Both the position numbers and the translations under genes were made by a program. From IMG/VR virus record IMGVR_UViG_2671180758_000013: a stretch of DNA of 6,021 bases, one strand, 5' to 3'. The notes beneath the pieces are model-generated. The model was not told the DNA's origin. It worked only from the letters and a program-made list of their open reading frames with translations, and did no database searches. Below, one piece after another: positions 1-5,099 of the stretch (positions within the stretch are counted from its first letter, which is position 1; the number at the start of each line of letters is the position of its first letter). Origin of the DNA: a virus. Lineage: Duplodnaviria > Heunggongvirae > Uroviricota > Caudoviricetes.

Positions 1-491
1 CGCTGATTGCCGCAGGTGCGCCTGCGCCTGAAATCCTCGACCAGTTTCTGGATGAAAAGGAAGGTAACCACACCACGGCATACCGTGATGGTGCGGGTAT
101 CTGGACCATCTGCCGTGGAGCCACCCGGGTGGATGGTAAGCCTGTCCTCCCGGGCATGAAGTTGTCGAAGGAAAAATGCGACCAGGTTAACGCCATTGAA
201 CGTGATAAGGCGCTGGCATGGGTGGCGAAAAACATCAGAGTGCCACTGACCGAACCCCAGAAAGCGGGTATTGCGTCATTCTGTCCGTACAACATTGGTC
301 CCGGTAAGTGTTTCCCGTCTACGTTTTACAGACGAATTAATGCAGGTGATCGAAAAGGTGCCTGCGAAGCGATTCGCTGGTGGATTAAGGACGGTGGCAG
401 AGACTGCCGTATTCGTTCAAACAACTGTTACGGTCAGGTATCCCGTCGTGACCAGGAGAGCGCGCTGGCGTGCTGGGGAATTGACAGATAA
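1..491 (+). CDS. Endolysin, GH24 phage lysozyme (T4/P21/P22 type), 5'-truncated by window start
   Basis: Open in frame 3 from nt 3 to stop TAA at 489-491 (listed ORF 129..491 is the same frame from an internal Met). Translation LIAAGAPAPEILDQFLDEKEGNHTTAYRDGAGIWTICRGATRVDGK... has the E-x8-D-x5-T catalytic spacing of true lysozymes. The hydrophobic LIAAGAPAP at the window edge may be the end of a signal-anchor-release domain. Not the lambda R transglycosylase type. Confidence 0.9.
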   Translation, partial: LIAAGAPAPEILDQFLDEKEGNHTTAYRDGAGIWTICRGATRVDGKPVLPGMKLSKEKCDQVNAIERDKALAWVAKNIRVPLTEPQKAGIASFCPYNIGPGKCFPSTFYRRINAGDRKGACEAIRWWIKDGGRDCRIRSNNCYGQVSRRDQESALACWGIDR

Positions 492-581
492 GCAGAATAT
501 TTTGCTGAAAAATGCGGTTTGCTCACACGGGCGGATAACACGAAATCCTGCGAACTGGCAAAAACTAAGTGAATAAAAGTA

Positions 582-619
582 AAACCCCGTTTGTTGGCCG
601 CAAGCGGGGTTTTGTGTTT
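582..619. terminator. Rho-independent terminator-like hairpin, possibly bidirectional
   Basis: AAACCCCGTTTG (582-593) pairs with CAAGCGGGGTTT (601-612) around a 7-nt loop, followed by TTTTGTGTTT. The reverse complement is also followed by a U-rich run (UUUUACUUUUAUU). Confidence 0.55.
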
Positions 620-685
620 CCTGACTCCGGAAAAGTCAAAGGAGAAAGTGTGTTTGATTTTAGCAAACTGATTCGGGAGATTCGA

Positions 686-787
686 ATGATGGCTGAAAAA
701 TTATCCACCTGGAAGTTCATCCTTATCTGGCTGGTGTTTGTGATTATGGCTTCCGGTTATTTCATTGGTCAGATACGCTGGTGGTGA
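686..787 (+). CDS. Hypothetical small membrane protein (33 aa; 45 aa if started at GTG 650), single predicted transmembrane helix
   Basis: GGGAGA (675-680) lies 5 nt before ATG 686; an alternative in-frame GTG at 650 follows GGAG (641-644). Product MMAEKLSTWKFILIWLVFVIMASGYFIGQIRWW has an 18-residue hydrophobic core. Stop TGA 785-787 is 1 nt before the Rz ATG at 789. Lambda has no gene at this position (from memory). No homolog recognised. Confidence 0.4.
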   Translation: MMAEKLSTWKFILIWLVFVIMASGYFIGQIRWW

Positions 788-788
788 A

Positions 789-1256
789 ATGAACCGCGTA
801 CTGTGCGTGGTCATCATTGCCCTGCTGGTGGCCTGTGGTGCGCTTAGTCTGGGGCTGAATCATTACCGTGATAACGCCATAACCTACAAAGAGCAGCGCG
901 ATAAAAAAGTCAGTGAGCTGGAGCTGGCAAATGCAACCATTACTGATATGCAGGTGCGCCAGCGCGATGTTGCTGCGCTCGATGCAAAATACTCGAGGGA
1001 ATTAGCCGATGCGAGAGCTGAAAATGAAACTCTGCGTGCTGATGTTGCCGCTGGTCGTAAGCGCCTGCGGATCAACGCCACCTGCTCCGGTACCGTGCGT
1101 GAAGCCACCGGCACCTCCGGAATGGATAATGCAACCGGCCCCCGACTGGCAGACACCGCTGAACGGGATTATTTCACCCTCAGAGAGCGGTTGATGACAA
1201 TGCAGAAGCAACTGGAAGGGGCACAGGACTATATCCGCACTCAGTGCCTGAAATAA
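789..1256 (+). CDS. Rz: Rz i-spanin (inner-membrane spanin subunit)
   Basis: 155-aa product MNRVLCVVIIALLVACGALSLGLNHYRDNAITYKEQRD...LEGAQDYIRTQCLK closely resembles lambda Rz (NHYRDNAITYK, RQRDVAALDAKY, DTAERDYFTLRERL, MQKQLEG), with an N-terminal TM segment. The track ORF 765..1256 begins at a TTG; ATG 789 matches the lambda N-terminus. Confidence 0.93.
   Translation: MNRVLCVVIIALLVACGALSLGLNHYRDNAITYKEQRDKKVSELELANATITDMQVRQRDVAALDAKYSRELADARAENETLRADVAAGRKRLRINATCSGTVREATGTSGMDNATGPRLADTAERDYFTLRERLMTMQKQLEGAQDYIRTQCLK
1009..1194 (+). CDS. Rz1: Rz1 o-spanin (outer-membrane lipoprotein), embedded in the +1 frame of Rz
   Basis: 61-aa product MRELKMKLCVLMLPLVVSACGSTPPAPVPCVKPPAPPEWIMQPAPDWQTPLNGIISPSESG has a signal peptide with lipobox (VVSAC), a proline-rich mature region and the C-terminal motif WQTPLNGIISPSE shared with lambda Rz1. 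It lies wholly inside Rz in another frame, as in lambda. Confidence 0.9.
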   Translation: MRELKMKLCVLMLPLVVSACGSTPPAPVPCVKPPAPPEWIMQPAPDWQTPLNGIISPSESG

Positions 1257-1516
1257 GTTTTGTTGATGCGCCGTATCGTCGCTGTATTCCCTCATTAACA
1301 GAGACCGCAGCCCGACAGGGAGACTCCTCTGCGCGAGTGTGCGGGGATAATCAAAAACGATACACACCGGGGTTTACCGCGTTAACGGAGCGCGGCGTTG
1401 TCCCCTCATAGTCGCCTGTCCGGTGCGATGGTGGAAGAAGCCGGATGTTTATCACTATTAATTGATGACACAGAAATGGATTCATTGAATTTCAGCACGT
1501 TTTTGTATTCGTGTTA

Positions 1517-1556
1517 TTGAACATCTGTTTATTTTACTTTTAACATATTGATAATA
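1517..1556 (+). promoter_or_regulatory. Candidate sigma70-type promoter in AT-rich island, upstream of small ORF 1607-1747
   Basis: TTGAAC (1517-1522) with TAACAT 18 bp downstream, and an extended -10-like TGATAATAA (1549-1557) about 50 bp upstream of ATG 1607. Pattern-based only. Confidence 0.2.
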
Positions 1557-1606
1557 AAAAGAGCTGTAAATCTTTAGATGAGTCGATTTTGTCCGGGGAA
1601 GTTCAA

Positions 1607-1747
1607 ATGGATTTTATGCTGACGGTTTCTGGTGTGGTTATCCTGTCCATTGCTTATACTGCAGATAAATATGGCTGCCATTTGTTATCACGTATTGGCG
1701 CTTATTGTTCGTTGATGCTGATTTTCTCGTCGCTTTTTTTTGAGTAA
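1607..1747 (+). CDS. Hypothetical small hydrophobic protein (46 aa, two short hydrophobic segments)
   Basis: ATG 1607 is preceded by GGGGAAG (1594-1600); stop TAA 1745-1747. Product MDFMLTVSGVVILSIAYTADKYGCHLLSRIGAYCSLMLIFSSLFFE. Below the ORF-track length cutoff; sits in the AT-rich island, convergent with the RHH gene. A 46-codon open frame in AT-rich DNA is only weakly significant. Confidence 0.3.
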   Translation: MDFMLTVSGVVILSIAYTADKYGCHLLSRIGAYCSLMLIFSSLFFE

Positions 1748-1879
1748 GTTATATTAATTATAACAAATAATTTTCTGTGTTATTTTTTCAGGCTATCCCG
1801 TCAGAGGGGAAGCCTGTACTGCCGGGGAGCGAATGGAAAACTGATGTGTCCGGTAACTGCGTGTTCTGTGAACACCATG

Positions 1880-2065
1880 TTACTTAATTATGTAATTCAT
1901 ACCCGAACTCTCTGTTGACAGCCTTCTTCTGCAGGCTTCAATAACCCACGCTGAAAAGTTTCCTGAACCTTTCAGATCAAGAGCGATGTTAATTTGTTCA
2001 ATCATCTGGTTTGGAAATCGGATGTTGCGGGTTGTTGTTCTGCGGGTTCTGTTCTTTGATGACAT
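1880..2065 (-). CDS. Small ribbon-helix-helix (Arc/MetJ-like) DNA-binding protein, probably YlcI/YnfO family (DUF3950), 61 aa
   Basis: Minus-strand ORF with ATG (complement of 2063-2065) 5 nt after GGGGAA. Product MSSKNRTRRTTTRNIRFPNQMIEQINIALDLKGSGNFSAWVIEACRRRLSTESSGMNYIIK has a basic N-terminal arm, a beta-strand (NIRFP), helix A, a G-S-G-N turn and helix B, the RHH pattern seen in Arc/CopG. From memory, similar small proteins sit near the cos-proximal right end of lambda and next to the Nu1 homologs of E. coli cryptic prophages (ylcI/ynfO); unverified here. Confidence 0.7.
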   Translation of the reverse strand: MSSKNRTRRTTTRNIRFPNQMIEQINIALDLKGSGNFSAWVIEACRRRLSTESSGMNYIIK

Positions 2066-2122
2066 AATGTTTCCCCATATTCAGTGTTGCTGATTTGTAT
2101 TATCTGAAGTTGCTTTTACGTT

Positions 2123-2164
2123 AATTTGACGCAGATCAATTAATACGATACCTGCGTCATAATT
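2123..2164. repeat. Imperfect inverted repeat (12-13-bp arms, 17-bp spacer), candidate protein-binding site
   Basis: AATTTGACGCAG (2123-2134), 17-bp spacer, CTGCGTCATAATT (2152-2164); the core TGACGCAG/CTGCGTCA is a perfect 8-bp inverted repeat. It lies 60-100 bp upstream of the RHH start codon on the minus strand and about 110-150 bp upstream of cosN. Confidence 0.5.
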
Positions 2165-2220
2165 GATTATTTCTCGTGGTTTGATGGCGTACACACATGT
2201 TGTGATAAACCTTATATAGA

Positions 2221-2235
2221 TGATAATCATTATCA
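2221..2235. repeat. 15-bp palindrome TGATAATcATTATCA in the cosQ-proximal region
   Basis: Perfect 7-bp arms around a central C, about 37 bp upstream of the cosN nick. The flanking sequence ...ccggcgatccgaccggttacg resembles the lambda right end (from memory). Confidence 0.5.
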
Positions 2236-2271
2236 TTTCGTGGGTCCTTTCCGGCGATCCGACCGGTTACG

Positions 2272-2283
2272 GGGCGGCGACCT
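2272..2283 (+). other. cosN: 12-nt cohesive-end sequence (terminase nicking site)
   Basis: GGGCGGCGACCT at 2272-2283 is identical to the lambda cohesive end, flanked by lambda-like sequence (...GGTTACG | GGGCGGCGACCT | CGCGG...), and sits about 190 bp upstream of the Nu1 start as in lambda. Confidence 0.85.
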
Positions 2284-2323
2284 CGCGGTTTTTCACTATT
2301 TATGAAAATTTTTCAGGGAAAAT

Positions 2324-2332
2324 CGTGTCGGT
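2324..2332 (+). promoter_or_regulatory. Candidate R3-like terminase-binding element (TCGTGTCGG)
   Basis: One-mismatch copy of the R1 motif TCATGTCGG in the same orientation; spacing to the other elements (about 60 and 40 bp) is comparable to lambda R3-R2-R1. Confidence 0.4.
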
Positions 2333-2380
2333 ACTTCTCGAATATAACTTTTTGTTTTTCTTTAATATTGCATCCGTAAA

Positions 2381-2395
2381 GGTCCGACATGAAAG
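2381..2395 (-). promoter_or_regulatory. Candidate R2-like terminase-binding element, inverted (GGTCCGACATGAAAG)
   Basis: Its reverse complement, CTTTCATGTCGGACC, matches the R1 element TTTTCATGTCGGGCC at 13 of 15 positions. A partial direct repeat GTCCGAAAATG follows at 2397-2407. Confidence 0.45.
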
Positions 2396-2420
2396 TGTCC
2401 GAAAATGCCTTTTTCTGGCG

Positions 2421-2435
2421 TTTTCATGTCGGGCC
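2421..2435 (+). promoter_or_regulatory. Candidate R1-like terminase-binding element (TTTTCATGTCGGGCC)
   Basis: Inverted partner of 2381-2395, located 26-40 bp upstream of the Nu1 start codon. Confidence 0.45.
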
Positions 2436-2460
2436 TTGTATTTGATAATGGGTTGTTTTC

Positions 2461-3009
2461 ATGAAGGTTAATAAAAAGAGGCTTGCCGAAATTTTCAACG
2501 TGGACCCGCGGACGATTGAACGCTGGCAGTCTCAGGGACTCCCTTGCGCCTCCAAAGGTAGTAAGGGCATTGAATCTGTATTTGATACTGCCATGGCAAT
2601 TCAGTGGTATGCGCAGAGGGAAACTGATATCGAAAACGAAAAGCTCCGCAAAGAACTGGACGATTTGCGTGCGGCAGCGGAGTCAGATTTACAACCCGGC
2701 ACCATTGACTATGAACGCTACCGACTCACAAAAGCGCAGGCAGATGCGCAGGAACTGAAAAATGCCCGTGAAGACGGAGTAGTGCTGGAAACTGAACTGT
2801 TTACCTTCATTCTACAACGTGTGGCACAGGAGATTTCGGGGATACTTGTGCGTGTGCCGTTGACATTACAGCGTAAATATCCGGACATTTCACCATCACA
2901 CCTTGATGTGGTGAAAACTGAAATCGCGAAAGCCTCCAATGTTTCAGCTAAGGCCGGTGAAAACGTGGGCGGGTGGATCGATGATTTCAGACGCGCAGAA
3001 GGCAGCTAA
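2461..3009 (+). CDS. nu1: Terminase small subunit (lambda Nu1 homolog)
   Basis: 182-aa product begins [28 protein letters not shown]... (lambda Nu1: MEVNKKQLADIF...RTIQNWQEQGMP, from memory) and shares [32 protein letters not shown]. The N-terminal winged-HTH region differs at several positions from lambda. Confidence 0.93.
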   Translation: MKVNKKRLAEIFNVDPRTIERWQSQGLPCASKGSKGIESVFDTAMAIQWYAQRETDIENEKLRKELDDLRAAAESDLQPGTIDYERYRLTKAQADAQELKNAREDGVVLETELFTFILQRVAQEISGILVRVPLTLQRKYPDISPSHLDVVKTEIAKASNVSAKAGENVGGWIDDFRRAEGS

Positions 3010-4909
3010 TGCAGCCGGTGCGATAGCTACAGGGCTTTTATCTCTCATTATTCCTGTTCCACTGACGACAGTTCAGTGGGCCAATAAACATTATTACCTT
3101 CCTAAAGAGTCGTCTTATACCCCGGGGCGGTGGGAAACACTGCCGTTTCAGGTTGGCATCATGAACTGTATGGGCAACGATCTGATTCGCACGGTTAACC
3201 TGATTAAATCTGCCCGTGTTGGTTATACAAAGATGTTGCTGGGAGTGGAGGCTTATTTTATTGAGCATAAATCACGCAACAGCCTTCTTTTTCAGCCCAC
3301 GGACTCAGCTGCTGAAGATTTTATGAAATCTCATGTTGAGCCAACGATAAGGGATGTTCCTGCATTGCTGGAGCTGGCTCCATGGTTCGGAAGAAAACAC
3401 CGCGATAATACGCTCACCCTGAAGCGTTTTTCCTCCGGTGTGGGGTTCTGGTGTCTGGGTGGTGCGGCAGCAAAAAACTACCGTGAAAAATCCGTGGATG
3501 TGGTCTGTTATGACGAGCTTTCCTCGTTCGAACCGGATGTTGAAAAAGAGGGTTCGCCAACCCTGCTGGGGGATAAACGTATTGAGGGCTCTGTATGGCC
3601 AAAATCCATTCGCGGCTCGACGCCTAAAATCAAAGGCTCCTGCCAGATCGAAAAAGCCGCTAACGAGTCGGCACACTTCATGCGTTTTTATGTGCCCTGT
3701 CCGCACTGTGGGGAGGAGCAGTATCTGAAATTTGGCGATGATGCCTCGCCTTTCGGTCTTAAGTGGGAGAAGAATAAGCCAGAAAGTGTTTTCTACCTTT
3801 GTGAGCATCATGGCTGTGTGATCCATCAGTCTGAGCTTGACCAGAGTAACGGGCGGTGGATCTGTGAAAACACGGGCATGTGGACCCGTGACGGCCTGAT
3901 GTTTTTCAGCGCCCGGGGTGATGAAATTCCGCCGCCGCGCTCCATCACTTTCCATATCTGGACGGCGTACAGTCCGTTCACCACATGGGTACAGATTGTC
4001 TATGACTGGCTGGATGCACTGAAAGATCCCAACGGCCTGAAAACCTTTGTGAACACCACGCTGGGCGAGACCTGGGAAGAGGCCGTGGGCGAAAAACTCG
4101 ATCACCAGGTACTGATGGATAAGGTTGTGCGTTACACGGCGGCGGTGCCTGCCCGGGTGGTTTATCTGACGGCGGGCATTGACTCGCAGCGAAACCGTTT
4201 TGAGATGTATGTCTGGGGATGGGCTCCGGGAGAGGAAGCCTTTCTGGTGGATAAAATCATCATTATGGGGCGTCCCGATGAGGAAGAGACGCTGTTACGT
4301 GTGGATGCGGCGATCAACAAAAAATACCGCCATGCAGACGGAACCGAAATGACTATTTCTCGTGTCTGCTGGGACATCGGGGGGATCGATGGCGAAATCG
4401 TTTATCAGAGGTCAAAAAAACACGGTGTTTTCCGGGTGCTGCCGGTAAAAGGCGCATCTGTCTATGGCAAGCCGGTGATCACCATGCCAAAAACCCGCAA
4501 TCAGCGGGGCGTGTATCTGTGTGAAGTGGGGACGGACACCGCAAAAGAAATTCTCTATGCCCGTATGAAAGCCGATCCCACGCCTGTGGATGAAGCCACG
4601 TCGTATGCCATCCGTTTTCCTGATGATCCGGAGATTTTTTCGCAGACAGAGGCGCAGCAACTGGTCGCGGAAGAGCTTGTGGAGAAGTGGGAAAAAGGAA
4701 AGATGCGTCTGCTGTGGGATAACAAAAAGCGGCGTAACGAAGCGCTGGACTGCCTGGTGTATGCCTACGCGGCATTACGTGTGTCCGTGCAACGCTGGCA
4801 GCTTGATCTGGCTGTACTGGCAAAATCCCGGGAAGAAGAGACGACCCGGCCAACCCTTAAAGAACTGGCAGCGAAGCTGTCCGGAGGAGTGAATGGTTAC
4901 AGTCGCTGA
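2981..4909 (+). CDS. A: Terminase large subunit (lambda gpA homolog)
   Basis: Long ORF with lambda gpA-like blocks throughout ([124 protein letters not shown]). Start placed at ATG 2981 (MISDAQK...), which gives the lambda-like N-terminal length and a 29-nt overlap with Nu1; the upstream in-frame ATG 2939 is an alternative. Confidence 0.93.
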   Translation: MISDAQKAANAAGAIATGLLSLIIPVPLTTVQWANKHYYLPKESSYTPGRWETLPFQVGIMNCMGNDLIRTVNLIKSARVGYTKMLLGVEAYFIEHKSRNSLLFQPTDSAAEDFMKSHVEPTIRDVPALLELAPWFGRKHRDNTLTLKRFSSGVGFWCLGGAAAKNYREKSVDVVCYDELSSFEPDVEKEGSPTLLGDKRIEGSVWPKSIRGSTPKIKGSCQIEKAANESAHFMRFYVPCPHCGEEQYLKFGDDASPFGLKWEKNKPESVFYLCEHHGCVIHQSELDQSNGRWICENTGMWTRDGLMFFSARGDEIPPPRSITFHIWTAYSPFTTWVQIVYDWLDALKDPNGLKTFVNTTLGETWEEAVGEKLDHQVLMDKVVRYTAAVPARVVYLTAGIDSQRNRFEMYVWGWAPGEEAFLVDKIIIMGRPDEEETLLRVDAAINKKYRHADGTEMTISRVCWDIGGIDGEIVYQRSKKHGVFRVLPVKGASVYGKPVITMPKTRNQRGVYLCEVGTDTAKEILYARMKADPTPVDEATSYAIRFPDDPEIFSQTEAQQLVAEELVEKWEKGKMRLLWDNKKRRNEALDCLVYAYAALRVSVQRWQLDLAVLAKSREEETTRPTLKELAAKLSGGVNGYSR

Positions 4910-5099
4910 ACTGCAGGCGCTGCGTCAGGCGCGCCTTGATTTATTAACCGGTAAACGGGTGGTGTCTGTCCAGAAAGATGGTCGCAGAATTGAATATACG
5001 GCGGCTTCTCTGGATGAGCTTAACCGGGCGATCAATGATGCGGAGTCGGTACTGGGGACAACCCGGCGTCGCCGTCGTCCGCTGGGAGTGAGGTTATGA
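4893..5099 (+). CDS. W: Head-completion / head-tail joining protein (lambda gpW homolog)
   Basis: 68-aa product [55 protein letters not shown]... matches lambda gpW in length and in LTGKRV--VQKDGRR-E-T. GGAGG sits 5 nt before ATG 4893; the start overlaps the end of A. Confidence 0.9.
   Translation: MVTVAELQALRQARLDLLTGKRVVSVQKDGRRIEYTAASLDELNRAINDAESVLGTTRRRRRPLGVRL

Larger units (their letters stand above)
2284..2460 (+). promoter_or_regulatory. cosB: terminase small-subunit binding region between cosN and Nu1
   Basis: Same position as lambda cosB (R3-I1-R2-R1). Holds three copies of a 9-10-bp motif in the lambda-like direct/inverted/direct arrangement and an AT-rich tract (2341-2370) where the IHF site would be expected. 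Confidence 0.6.

Noticed and set aside
271-576. 101-aa + strand ORF overlapping the 3' half of the endolysin in another frame
   Set aside because: Lies inside a well-supported CDS in an alternate frame, has no ribosome-binding site and an Arg/Val-rich composition typical of an off-frame read of a coding region.
569-787. 72-aa ORF as listed in the ORF track (MNKSKTPFVGRKRG...)
   Set aside because: The listed start is a GTG inside the terminator-like hairpin with no Shine-Dalgarno sequence. Only the 3' part, with starts at ATG 686 or GTG 650 and good SD sequences, is plausible, and that shorter ORF is reported instead.
765-788. N-terminal extension of Rz from TTG 765 (MVRYAGGE...)
   Set aside because: Non-ATG start overlapping the upstream small ORF; ATG 789 reproduces the lambda Rz N-terminus and is preceded by a G-rich SD-like sequence.
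884-1367. Two minus-strand ORFs (884-1156, 1002-1367) antisense to Rz/Rz1
   Set aside because: Antisense shadow ORFs across a conserved coding region; Ala/Ser/Arg-rich low-complexity products, no ribosome-binding sites. The part of 1002-1367 extending into the spacer does not resemble Bor.
1419-1455. Possible terminator hairpin (TCCGG-17 nt-CCGGA followed by a T-rich run) after the late operon
   Set aside because: Short stem with a large loop and a weak, interrupted U-tract; not convincing as an intrinsic terminator.
1428-1520. 30-codon + strand ORF (MVEEAGCLSLLIDDTEMDSLNFSTFLYSCY) at the edge of the AT-rich island
   Set aside because: No Shine-Dalgarno sequence, very short, and it spans the GC-to-AT composition transition; more likely chance.
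1800-1878. 25-codon minus-strand ORF (MVFTEHAVTGHISFPFAPRQYRLPL) starting 1 nt after the RHH stop
   Set aside because: Overlaps the perfect hairpin at 1861-1875, has no SD sequence and is too short to support without conservation data.
2220-2471. 83-aa + strand ORF spanning cosQ, cosN and cosB
   Set aside because: Covers the cos site, which is non-coding regulatory DNA; starts within the cosQ palindrome without an SD sequence; the product is a low-complexity Phe/Ile-rich read of AT-rich sequence.
2483-2939. Alternate-frame and antisense ORFs inside Nu1 (2483-2758 +, 2718-2939 -)
   Set aside because: Embedded in the Nu1 coding region in other frames, with no independent support.
3038-4892. 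Multiple alternate-frame and antisense ORFs inside terminase A (3038-3268 -, 3305-4105 -, 3414-3602 -, 3438-3728 +, 4162-4377 -, 4412-4660 -, 4479-4853 -, 4590-4892 +)
   Set aside because: All lie within the A coding region; long antisense open frames are expected in GC-rich coding sequence; products are Arg/Pro/His-rich with no recognisable domains or start signals.
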